Assembly: GCA_030704615.1 (NCBI GenBank) | Contig: CM060731.1 | Coordinates: 95,914,001-95,978,000 of the forward strand | Source of the DNA: Takakia lepidozioides | Taxonomy: Eukaryota; Plantae; Bryophyta | Direction of reading: 5' to 3' | DNA length: 64,000 nt | Shown: piece after piece, positions 13,043 to 25,180 of the stretch | How the letters are laid out: each line of letters begins with the position of its first letter | Position numbering within the stretch: the first letter of the stretch is position 1 | The notes under the pieces: generated by a model | The model's database searches: none | The model's input: the letters and a program-made list of their open reading frames with translations, nothing else | What the model was told of the DNA's origin: nothing | Translations under genes and position numbers: made by a program

Positions 13043-16000
13043 CTATGGTGAGGATCCGCTATCACTGTCCGATGCATCCCCGCCCTCATGCAAGGATGGC
13101 TGCCTTCCACCTGCCTCCGAACCTGCACTGCCGCTACCGCTGTTACTCTGAGAAGCCCTCCCCTCAAAAATACCATCCTCACCAGCCGGAACTGTCCACC
13201 TGGGTGCGGAAGTGTCCTCAACATTCCCCTCGCTCTCGGACGCGGATTCTATTACGAACTTCCCTACTCTGCCTTTCACAATTCTATGTTTGGCCTCACG
13301 CCTCATTATAATTCTCTGCTCATTCCCGTATGTCAATTGCTCTAACCGAGTAGGCCTATCCTCCCTCCTGATGGCTTCTTTGGCAGCCGTGTCTGCATAG
13401 GCTGGTAGAAAAAAGGGCTTCTGGGGACTCGCGAGAAACGATTTTCTGGCAAAGAATGGCCGATGCGATTCTGTCTCCTCCTCTGCAACAGGGTCCGATT
13501 CGAGCAAGTCTCCCAGCTTCTCCTCGTCGGACGACTCTGCAAGGCTGAGTGTACGCACAAACATAGAATGAAGTACATTAGAGAATTCAAACAGGGAATC
13601 ATCGGCAGGTTGCATGGTCCCTACAACCGAAACCAATACACTTACTATGGTGCAACTCACTCGAAGACAGGCATTGGGGGAAGCGGCTTCGGGCGCCCCT
13701 GCATCGAACGAATTTCCCGGACTTCCTCCTCTTCATCTTCCTCCTCTCCTTCCACGTCCTCTTCTGCGTTTTTGGGATCCTCAGTCGGAGGCAGACGCTG
13801 AAGGCCCGCCAAATTGTAATCGTACAAGGCCGTATCCCCCTCAAATGAGAACACAAATCGGTTCGACATCCTTCCCGCCCACATACAGGCACCTGCGAAT
13901 TCATACGACACAACCACAGCCAAACTCAAGAATGAGTCGCTTCCTCGCACAAGCAAACATACAGAAACGGAAATGGTGTCAATTTCGGTGCCGCATTCAA
14001 TTAACGTTCTCACCTGTATTTGCAGTGACGTCAAGGACCCTGCCTTCAACATCCGTACACGTTTCCATGAGCGTCTGGATGAATGCAGGACTCCTGGTCC
14101 TGCCATACCTCCATGGCTTGCCCGACAAATCACAAAGAATGTCCTTCTCTCCCACATGGTTGAACAGGACGTTATACTCCAGTGGATCAACTGTGGAATC
14201 AACAAGTCTTCCTGCTTCACGTAATTTGAATTTCGAATGTTCCTTCACGAAGCAAAATGCCTGAAAGATAAGAGTCTGCAGAGAAGGAAATGAAAACGTC
14301 AGAGGTGGCCTACACGTACAGGGGCAATTTCGGCGCAGAAATTGACATAGCAGAGGAGAACCACAGCATACCTTCTGGCCATCGTTGAGAAGACCCTGCG
14401 TGTTGATGCAAGTCCAGATCTTTTTCAGGATGGGTGCTGCACTTCTCCCCGTCCATACTTTGATATCATTCTCAGTGACTTCTCCATCGGCTGCTAGCAC
14501 AACAACACAGCCAACGTCGTCCAACATGTTGGCTGCGAACCCGAATGTGTGGCTCCAGTATCTTTCGTCGTACTTGTTCCACCAGGGAACTGAGCCCAGC
14601 CCCAGTATCTCCTGCCCATCCGGGATATCCACAAGGATCATGTCGATGGAGGCTTTCACCGCCCTGCCCCCGACTGTGCTCTTTTTGCCGTGGCTCATCG
14701 CCACAAAATACTCCATCATCTTTGTGTAGCCAGGAGTGTCCTCCATATCATTGCCAGTGGCCTTCCTCTTCCCCTTCCCCTGGTGGGCCTCGATCGCCTT
14801 CCTCAATCTCGTTATCTCCAGCCTTCTGGTCAGAGCAGTTAGGAAATTTTCATTAACACACTCCACAATTGTGGGTGTTTTGAGGACTTCCCTGCCCGCA
14901 ATGTGCACCGCACGGTAGGGTCTGCCAGGTGCATCCTCGTATAGTGATCTCTTCGCAGCCGACCCCCCGGAGCGCTGGCCCTTGTGAATTTTCGGACGAG
15001 GTGTGGCCCCCTGGGTGTTTTCCTGCTGGAAATCGTCGTCGGAATCCTCCTCATCTGGCTGACTGTGTTGCTGCTTCTTCTTCTTGGGTGTGGGGGTCTT
15101 CGTCTCTTGCCCCTGTTTGCGCGTTCTTTTCTTCCTGTCCTTGGGCTGCTCAGCTGCCTGCTTCTCCATCTGCTCCTTCGCCAACGCTGCCGCCTTGGCT
15201 GACTTTCTCAGTGCTTTCTGCTTGGCTGCCTCCTCTGCTTTCAGTCTTTCCGCGTCCTCTGGTTGGGGATCCGATTGCGCCTTCATAGCCCTGGCATTCG
15301 CTTCCTTCTTCAAGTTAACCTCCGAGAGGTCAACGGTCCCACTTGGGAGATCCACATACCAGGGGCAGTCTACCAAATGCTCGGCATGCCACTCCTTCGC
15401 CATTACTTCTGTGTACATCGTTCCACGACCTCCAGGTGTCCTCCACGCCAGGAAGAATGGTGGAACCCTTTGAATGGCTCCGGACGGAATGAGTGCAAAG
15501 TTTATGTACCTGCAATCACGAGGCAGTTCAACAAAAATCATTCTACCGATGCATCATGCAAGTGGAAGTTGTCAATGCACAAGGTATTTCGGCACCGAAA
15601 TACGGAGTGGACCGTGCCCCAATTACCCAGAACTCACATCTTGCAGAGGTATATTTCGGCGCCGCAATATCCATCGCTGCTTAACCAAATCATCTAAACT
15701 GCAAATAGGGGGATGCATTGTCAGCAGATTACCTGAACAGGACACGCATTGCCGCTTTGTCGGCACCCTCCTGCTCTTCGATGTATACGCTGCGTCTTGC
15801 CTTTGCAATTTCTCTGAAAAAGAGGTTTGCGAAGCGCCCTCGCCACGACTGCACGTAGTTCTCCATTGTCTCAGGCTTCGTCCAGTCGATCTGTAACTTG
15901 AAAGTGGTGGTGTTGCAGTCCAATTGCTCCTGGGCGTGGGTCAGTACCTGCATCATGGCAGGTTTCCAAAACATTCATGATTTTGAAATTGCGACGATGT

Positions 16001-17954
16001 CCAACACAGAATAGGAGAAAATTATACCTGATGCCACCAAGTCATGACATTGAGCCAGTCGTTCATTTTGTCGTCTGTTGGCTCGATGGGAAAGTGGTAC
16101 AGCAGCTTCGTGTTTGTATGGCCGTTCCAGATTCGCAGCCACCTCGTCTGCAGCCACCTCACATCGGTCAGACAAGAACTCCAACATAAGAATCGCGAGA
16201 AGTCACAAAACAAGAATAAACACATGCTTACCTTCTCCGCCGGCTCAACACAGGACACTGCGATGTGATGAAGTTTCTCCATGGACATTTCCGGTTTCAT
16301 GGGTCTGGAGTAATGCAGTCCTATCTCCGCCAGGAACTCGGCACCAAGACCAGGGTCAGCGATTGCAACTTGCTTAACAAGTTTGGACCTGTACTTGGTC
16401 CGGGATTGCTTCCCTGCCTGCACAATATGACTCTCTATCGACGCGTCCGCCTTGTTGGGGGCATCATTCTCAAAGAACTGCCTTTTGGCATAGGCCAAGT
16501 CATCCCTGATGTTCGTCTGCATTCCCATACCCAGCAGATACAGTCAGGCCACGGATCCCTGCAACAAATAACATTAAATTGATACTGAAATTTGAGATGA
16601 ACCTCACCGAATAGAGGATCTCCACCATGGCGTCCAGTGTTGGTCGGTACCAGGTGCGATCTGCTTTCGCTAGGGACTTCCTGTACAGCTCGGGATCGAG
16701 GGACTTTTGGAAGTCCGTCAGCGGAGCTGTCCCCACTTCTTGCACTCTGTAGAGCGTATGTGCCAGATGAGTTTCCACGAAGGCCCTCTCTGTTACCCTG
16801 CCATGGAGAAAAAAAACAACATGAAAATATGATTTCGGCACAGCAATCCAATTTCCAGTTCATAGAGTGCATGACAGTGGTGAACATTGCCTATTTCGGC
16901 GCCGCAATAGGCAGTACACAAGGATGTAATTGTATACTTACAGATTTATATCCGCCATGGCACCCTTCAACAGTCCTCTGTCCCTGACGTCCACCTTCAC
17001 GACAATGCAGTCCACCATGTAATGCCAACTGATATCTTGCGGATGCATTTCAGCAATGTACTCTGTCCAGGCAAGCATCCTGTGGTTCCCGTCCCAAACG
17101 AAGAACATCTTCCCTTCCATGTGTGCGAATGTGGGATTAGTCTTCAGATAGGCTTCAAACTCGGCATTAACAGTGTGCCAGTGGGGGCCCCAATTCTGAA
17201 GCTCCTCTGCAGTGGGGCCCCTTGTGACACCCTGGTCATTCTCAATGGAAACGTAGAATGCTGCCGACCCCCGTCTGTACCCTTCTCTGAAGTTGTGCTT
17301 CAGTCGATCGATATCCCCTGGCAGTGCTTGCCTTACAACTGGAAGGCTTACCATGCGACACAAAGGAACTTTGAGGTTCTCCGGATACACCATGGAGCCC
17401 AAAACGCGGCCTATGTTGCTATGAGTCTCTGCCAGCAACCTGTTTGCTGCTATGTTCATGTCTCGTGCGCTCATGAGCATACCCGCCACCAGTTTCTTAC
17501 TTGTATCACCTCTGTCACTTCCCTCACCCCTCTCACCAGCCTGTGTACTGTCCTGGAGGTTTTGCTCCTCCGCAAGCTCCAGCAGGTTCTGATCGTCGCC
17601 AAGTCGTACCACGTTATCGTCCTCTCCTTCTGTCAGTTGAATGGGCCGCCCTTCTGCAGATCCGACTCCCACATCTCCAGCGGCCTCCACCGCATCTGTG
17701 TTTTCTGAAATTGACTGCAAACCCAATATCTCCGCTTCCAGTCTCCCTAGGGGTTTTACTGGCGAAGCCATGGGCTCCTTCTGCTTTCTCGGCTTCCGAA
17801 CTCTAGGTGGGCTTTTCGGAGGCGATATCTGAGGTGTTGAATGAGGACTCGTCTGCCTCGATGCACTTCCACCTTGTGAGCGCAGCACCCGGGCAGGAGT
17901 ATCCAAAGTTGACTGTGTTGCCTCGCCCCCCTGCGATCCCTCCCCAGCTCCCAT
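13043..17954 (-). CDS. ParB/Sulfiredoxin-like domain + beta-class N6A/N4C DNA methyltransferase-like fusion protein, ~1318 aa, 9 exons, apparently intact
   Basis: Predicted exons 17954-16942, 16797-16608, 16516-16232, 16147-16028, 15947-15733, 15509-14372, 14275-14014, 13892-13661, 13544-13043, all GT-AG with consistent phases. ParB-like: DIDRLKHNFREGY...FFVWDGNHRMLAW...VDCIVV. MTase: SIDMILVDIPDG (motif IV position), RSPAFIQTLMETCTDVEGRVLDVTANTG|ACMWAGRMSNRFVFSFEGD (motifs X/I/II). Basic NLS-like PTPKKKKQ. Start codon uncertain. Confidence 0.75.
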
Positions 17955-18463
17955 GTCAAACAAACAGGAAAACATGAGACACTGCACGCCAAAAAAAAGG
18001 TGTAAAAGGAATATTGCGTATGGAGTGCTTCACATCCGCGAAGCACGAATCTCTCACTGGTGGGCGATCCGAGTCTCCGGATAACGAGGTCTGCATTTCA
18101 TGCATGAGACGGAGCTTAAGTCGTGTCGTCGGCGGCTTCCCAAAATCCCGCGTCCTCCTCTTTGCCGGAGTCGCCTGACCTTCCACAAACTCTATGCTAC
18201 CACTATGCCGCATAAGGAGAGGAAACGCAGGAGAACGTCACTGCAGAAGGGCAAGGAGCGAGAGAGCGAAGCGGTGGAACATGCAACCACTATGCACGAG
18301 CAGATGCGTAAGCAGCCACGTCTCCCGAAGCGTTGCCACCGTCCAACACTTTTTGCCGTATGGGTGATGAAGAGATTGTGACCCCTGACACGTTCGCACG
18401 GATGAAGTCGACTGGAACACGACGCGTGCCAGTTCCAGCCACCAGTACAAGACGGTTTATCCG

Positions 18464-20148
18464 AATTGCGGCACCGAAATACCTTCCGTTCACCGGATGC
18501 TGTTCCCGGAGCAGCCGGCATTGAATGAAATATCCGCACATCATGAAACCCAACCGCCATGAAAATCCCCTGCCTATGACATTCAACAGTCAGGTCGGTA
18601 CGTTTCAACAGCGGACGGATGAATTTCGGCGCCGAAATTCATCCTATTCAAGTGCTTTCATACGCAAACTTACGAATTTCGGCGCCGCAATTCATCGCTT
18701 CCGAAGTCCTCATCCGTCATGAGCAAACCTGTCAGTGGGATATCGGAGCCGGAATTAATTCCGGGACAGTGAAAACGGTTGCACTTGGGCACATTTCATC
18801 CATATTTCGGCGCCGAAATTCATTACGAATATCTCCGTCCGCGCGTAGACGAGGTGAAATCATCATTATTTCGGCGCCGAAATTCATCCAGAGCGAAGAC
18901 TAAATTGGCACCATGCTACGCTTTGCCGCCATCATTGCCCCTGACGGATGCTGTCCATGCCTGTTGGACTTGCCATTTGTGGACATTTAACTATAATTTC
19001 GGCGCCGAAATTATACTTTATGTGCGGCAACGTCCCGTGCGAAAAAGACCACTTAATGGATACTGTCGGTTTCAAATGAAAAAAAACGGCTAAAATGCAA
19101 TTAATTTTGACAGAAGTGGTTTAATATGCCGATTTCTCCATTAAATGCAGAATATTCCTGTTATATTCGTCGGAACGGGGTATTTCCAACGATTTACGGA
19201 AAATTATCATCCAAAAGCAAAAAGTAAGTGCCGGGTTTGGACGAATTTCGGCGCCGAAATTCATCCGTCGCATAGAAAATGTAATATTAGAGTTACTCAT
19301 TGCGGACAGTAAGGATGAATTTCGGCGCCGAAATTGATCCATTTCAAAGAAAAATAAATATTGGAGGGAGGGCATTGGATGAATTTCGGCGCCGAAATCC
19401 GGCGCTCAAACCCTGAAAAGAATTTGGAGGGATGAAGTCGGCTGAATTTCGGCGCCGAAATTCATTGCTCGCGAAGAAAAAAAAATTTCGGGAGGACTTC
19501 GGATGAATTTCGGCGCCGAAATTCATTGCTCGCGAAGGAAAATAAAAAATTTCGGGAGGACTTGGAATGAATTTCGGCGCCGAAATTCAATGCTCGCGAA
19601 GAAAAAAATAAAATCGGGAGGATTTCGGTTGAATTTCGGCGCCGAAATTCATTGCTCGCGAAGAAAAAGGAAAATTAAAAGGGAGTACTTGGATGAGATT
19701 CGGCGCCAAAGTTCATCTGTCGCAAAGAAAAATAAAAACAGAAAGGACTTCCGATGAATTCTGGCACCGAAATCCATCCGCAGGGCAGCAGAATTAGGGT
19801 CGGAAAAGGAGATGAAGAATGAATTTCGGCGCCGAAATACATCCATTCTGCCGATTCAGGATTACTGTCATTCGGAAGTCGGCACCGATATCCGGACACG
19901 TGGTCAATCACGACTGTAATCAGGAACACATTCATCCGTATTTTGGCATCTAAATTCAACCCATATGTGCAGATACAATTTAATGAAGAAGAAGTTCATC
20001 CGAATTTCGGCACCGAAATCCATCCGTTGGGTGCTTGGTCAGTTTAATGAGGTAAACAAATTACGATTTCTGTTGCCAGAATTCATCCCTTGGCTTCCAA
20101 AGCTGTTACATGACAGAGATGTTCATCCAGATTTCGGTGCCGAAATTC
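18464..20148. repeat. Array of palindromic ATTTCGGCGCCGAAAT motifs between the divergent genes (copy 2)
   Basis: Mirror of 2020-3692, with one extra palindrome at ~19317-19335 that is largely deleted in copy 1. Confidence 0.95.
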
Positions 20149-20398
20149 ATGGGAAGGCCTGATTTATTGTACCCCAAGTGGTTGTACATTACAATTCAGG
20201 CACCAAATATCCGATGTGAACTTGCTGTTTTCGTCCGTTTTTTTAACGTACGTTACACACCTTCATCTTTACGTGCACTGATCACCCATCCTGTTGGATA
20301 CGGAATCCTCCAGAAAATCATTTGTGTTATTAGGTAGGACACACTCTTCTCATTGCAGGACTTCGCTGCGGAGCGTACCGAGAGGTCCCGTCTTCAAA

Positions 20399-23300
20399 AT
20401 GGACTCCCGTGTTTGGGTCAACGTGTACTTCCATCCTGATTCTCTGAAAGCTAAAATACCCTGCGACCAAGGATTTGCGATTGTCACTGAGCAGTACTTG
20501 TGTGTGAAGTTCGGGCTCCGCCCTGGAACGGTGTTTTTGGAAGAGGAGACGAAGGATGCTTATGGAAATTTTCTGGAAAGTGCCGTCATTCTGCATGCAG
20601 ATTTCGGAAAAGGCAAAGAGTGGCGGCTCCCAGCTTCTGAATCCATCCGGTACAGTGCCATTGGTGAAATCGTGCCTAAAGAGTTCCCACGCTGGAACTT
20701 GGTTGATCCTCCTTCCACAAGAGGGTCTGGCGTGCAAGATGTGAAGGATGTGGGCACCTCTTCACAAGCAGAGAAGCCCAAACATGTGAAAAGGGAAATC
20801 CAGGAAAACAGGGAAACAGTCGTCCACGACTTATCCAGTGACGATGAAGACTGTATGGTCCTTCCATCGTATGTTTCGAAGTCGTCCGTCACTAGGAGTG
20901 TTCAGCATACACCGTCCGACTCAACTTCCGTCCGCTCAGTAATCGACATATTGCGGAGGATGAAGACAACGGGTTCCCGCTCCAGTGACCTTCTTAGGCT
21001 TGATTACGACAAAACTCCAATCCATTCTGTGGAAACTTTGCCTGATGTTGTGGATGGGAATGCTATCTACGAGTTCCCTCCAGTGCCGGCAGGCGCAGGC
21101 CCAGACGGCATGCTCGCAGGAATGAACAGGAAACATGACGGCCACCCTTGGTGTGTCACCAAAACTTCATCGTCCAACCTGGGTGATGGAGTTCGAGTGA
21201 GATATGTATTGTGTGCTGGGCATCTTAAATGTTTCTCGAGCACATGTTACCATTACACTAGCAAAGGCACCAGGAATGAGACTGACTGGATTGGCAATTC
21301 GTCGACCCCATTTTGGCCTCAAGGTAGAGTTCCTGCAGGGACGTTCAAGTGTGCCCATTGCAACGCAGCCCCTACGTGCATGGCAGTGTGCAACGCCAAG
21401 CAGTACTACGTCGGGACCGTCGGCCCAGCGTGCACCAGAGCATGCATTCACATCGGAAAGCATGAGCACCCCCTCGCCAGAGGCAATTGCAGAGTCGCTT
21501 TTCAACAAGCCCAGGATATTATCAAGGAGGAGGTGAGGTTGAGGCCGGGTGCAAAACCAAAGCAGATACAGCTCGCATCGGCACATAGGATTGCAATTGG
21601 CAGAATAATGTCGGAGGACGGAAGCACAAGAGAGAAGCTGGGCGAGGGGGACATGAAGGACCTGCTGGAAGCTGTCTCCCATGTGTGCAGCCCCAATGTC
21701 AGGAACCACATTGTCAGCTGCAAGAAACGAATCGGAAGAGGATCAGACATGCACTCCATCTTGGAAGTGAAGCGCACATGCGGCTACGACTTCATCCAAG
21801 GCAGCTTCTTTCCTGGTCAAGGCTCGGAGACGGACAGGTGCTTCATATTTAAGATGTCAACGTGCGGACCGGGGAGCGGCGTCGATTTGGTGAAGCGGAT
21901 GACCAGTGGAGACCTCTCAAATTGTTGGGTCATGTTCGACCACATCCGGCGAATTACCAACCACGATTGGGTGACAATGGGGGCACATGTATACGACCCA
22001 CATTGCAGAAAGTTGATGACCATTGCTATCTGCGAAATGAAGGGAGAAGACACAGATTCGGAGTTGCATATGTGGCGCGGAATTAATGAGCAAATGGCGA
22101 GAGCCAAGTTGCCCCCTCCCGATTTTAGGGGCTTCATGGCTGACAATGCCCAGGCAAACTGGGCTGCAGTTAGGAGGGTATATGGGGACGACCCAAAGAC
22201 TCCAATGGAAGGAAAGGAGAGATCTTGCGGGTTCCACTTCATGCAGAGTTTGACGCAAAACACGAAAAGGTTCGTGGCGTCACGCCACCGGCAGGATCAT
22301 ATCAGTATGTGCCTAGCGTGGAAAAATGCGAATTCCATCGACGAGGCGGAGACCGAGTTTGCAACCATACGCGCCTGGTGGGTGTCTTCAGGGGCAGTGG
22401 ATGTGAAAGATCAGCCAGAACTGCAAACGTGGCTTGCGTGGTGGCATTATAGATTCCGCCAGTTTGGAGACTACATGAGACAGGTAACACATTTCTGTAC
22501 TTGACAATTGTTCTGTTTTGTGCTTGGACATTCTCCACAATCAGTGACATATCTAATTTCCTTCAACAGGACATGAGCTTGGAGGATGACACGGATATGC
22601 CGACGACGAACATGGCCGAATCGGTGCACTCTTCCTGGCGTGCTTCCTCTGCAGCACATCTCGTTGACATGTTGACAGCAACAACAGAAGATATTGTGAG
22701 GGCCATCATGCAACAATCTCATTACTACCAGTTTCTGGGAGGAAAGCAATGGGGTATCGGACCAGACAGGCAGGAGATGCTGATGAGGGCGGCGCATCGT
22801 TCGACCGATCCCAAAAAATGGACTGCTGCATTGCGGGAAACAATAAGGTCAACGCCGTTACACAGTCGGGGGAACTGCCTGGAGGGCGATGTCCGCAGCC
22901 GGCCGGTGAAGAGAAGAATTGAGGACATGCCCGGAGGGGATGGGGATTCATGGAGATCAGATATGAACATCCGCACTCAACCTCGGGGCGCAACGATGTT
23001 GCGTCCCACGCCTCCACGAAGCAGGACTCGTACCCCCTCTCCTGCAGCATCCATGGAATCGCTGCCAGACTCGGGACAACATGCCGAGGATGGGCATGTT
23101 GCTCCTGTTTTCGTTACCCAATACAACATTCCAATCGTGGAGCGAGATGTGTCGGCCTCGCAGTGGAGAATTGCACGGACCCGTCCGACATTTCGTGGCA
23201 AATGTTGTGCTGTTCGTGTCGACACCAACCAGAGATGCAATGAGATGATTCGGAGGAGCCCGCAGGGCGGTGTGCCTGCCCCTTGCTTCACAGGGAGATT

Positions 23301-23994
23301 TGTGTGCGCAAAGTTTGTGGAGGCCACACTGAAGGAGTTTTGGTTCTGCAGGCACGACATCATGTCGTGTGTGTTCGGCAAGCCCAAGTATGGTGTACAA
23401 GGCATGCCTGAACCACCGGCAGTCTGGCCTGTGGCAAGTGGTACAGATCTTACCCTGGAGGAGGCAGACGCTCTAGGAAGTGCAGGGTTTCGACTGGTGG
23501 AGAGGACAGACGTTCCACGAAATCCAATTCCCAATCGTCATCCTCCTCCCACGAGAAGCTCTTCGCCCCGCATACCGGTGGGTGACCCCGCAGCTTGGCC
23601 CACCCATCGGTGGGGTAAACTGAAAAGACGGCGGCCACCAACAAAGGCGAACGACACCAGGATGGCCAACGCTCTTGCAATGCCCTGCATAGTGCAAGGT
23701 TGCAGGGATGTTCCTCACCCCGGGATGGGGCGCATATTTCAGTTGTCAACAGCCGGGTCTGCTGCGCGCAGTGTCGTGTATGCAATCACGGTTTCACAGT
23801 ACCCAGCTTGCAACTGTGAGGACTTCCTTGTTATGGAATCGAAGAATGCAGCATACGTCCCCTGCAAACACCTTTATTACATTTTTATGAAGCGCATGAG
23901 TTGCATATCCGCAGTGGACGTCTTCATCACTCCAACACTGAGTTTCAACGAGCTGCACAAGGCCCTACGGCAGGATACTGGTCGGACTGCTTGA
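20399..23994 (+). CDS. MULE/Mutator-family DDE transposase, ~1169 aa, 2 coding exons (20399-22483, 22570-23994), with N-terminal GCM/WRKY-like Zn domain and C-terminal SWIM finger
   Basis: ORFs 20294-22504 and 22501-23994 join in phase 0 through intron CAG|GTAACA...CAACAG|GAC (22484-22569). Motifs: WVMFDH (D1), FMADNAQANWAAV (D2), SCGFH (MULE CxxH), TTNMAESVH (E), SWIM ACNCEDF...VPCKHLYYIF, and N-terminal CAGHLKC..C...CAHC...C...IHIGKHEHP resembling GCM-type domains. Confidence 0.85.
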
Positions 23995-24711
23995 CATTCC
24001 ACATTCGGGAAGGAGAAAGTGGCAATTATATTACATTCATCTTCTTGCACCCTATTTTTTTGTGAGGAATTATACACTTGGTGGTGCCGCATCGCCATGG
24101 CTACATGTGAATTTCGTCCACCTTTATGAGAAGACTCCAATTTGCTACAAATACATTGTTACTGTTCTGCAAATGTGATGCCTTTACAAGATTGCTAGTT
24201 CTGTGTCCCAGTGGGAAGGGTCCTACTGCACATTCCAGCATTTGCATACTGCACCTTGTGCAAACAGCAATCCATACGACAAAGGACACGTCCCAGCATA
24301 CTGGCAGTGAATTGCAAAAAACCTTAACAGAAGATTATCGAAGCATGTATATTCCCCATATGGCACAGGGAAGCTGCTTGATTTCTGAATGAAAATGTAT
24401 GTGCCATGAGTGTCAGCGAGTTGAAACATGTCTACTCTAGCATGCAAAAACTATGGTCCCCTCGCCCAAGAAGAAGGAACTCGAACTGGCCTCTCAAGGA
24501 CCTCCTCAGTGACCGGGTGCCTATCGTCCCTGTAAACATCCAGGAAGACAATGATGTCGTCTGCTTTCGGGAAAATGACTCCCGTCTGGCGTCGATAGAT
24601 GTGATTCGGAACTCAAAGCAGGGAGGAGATGGGCACAACAGAGAAGAGTGAAGAGCAAAATGAGAGCAAGACCTCCCTCACCGTAAGGCGGGTATTTGCT
24701 CTCCGACGCCC

Positions 24712-25180
24712 AATTTCGGCGCCGTTATTACATGGAGTGCGGAAGCTTCAGCCGAGAATTTTGTTTCCGCAGGTCAATTTCGGCGCCGTTATTGGTTGCA
24801 ATCCCCAGCCTTCAGCCGGGTATTTGGTTTCCGGACCCAATTTCGGCGCCGTTATCGGCTGCACTCCGGTGGCTTCAGCCGAGTATTTGGTTTCCGGGGC
24901 CCATTTCGGCGCCGTTATCGCCTGCACTCCGGAGGATGCAGCCGGGTATTTGGTTGGCAGAGCCCAATTACTTTCACCGTTGTTGGCTTCACTCCCGAGC
25001 CTTCAGCCCGCTATTTCTTTTCCTGTGCCCAATTACGGCGTCGTTATACCCAACCATCCTGCACTTCTGCAATAGTACTATCCACGGTTATAGGTCGCCA
25101 TTGCGTTTTCGGAGTCTGCAAACCCGGATCCTAATTCCGCTTGCGTCTCTGCCTCTGGGATAATTTCGGTGCCGTTATTG
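24712..25180. repeat. Subterminal 63-bp tandem array with asymmetric motif AATTTCGGCGCCGTTAT (transposase-side end)
   Basis: Copies at ~24713, 24776, 24839 and 24902 (63 bp steps), a degenerate copy at ~24965, and further copies at ~25031 and ~25162. Confidence 0.9.

Noticed and set aside
13043-17954. Bacterial/phage contamination or prophage ParB-MTase gene
   Set aside because: The gene has eight phase-consistent GT-AG introns and an NLS-like stretch, and lies within a TIR element nested among plant retrotransposons.
1-22172. Fold-back assembly artefact
   Set aside because: Not favoured: symmetry ends exactly at the element terminus with different flanks, and the arms differ by multi-base indels. 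Read-level confirmation is still needed.
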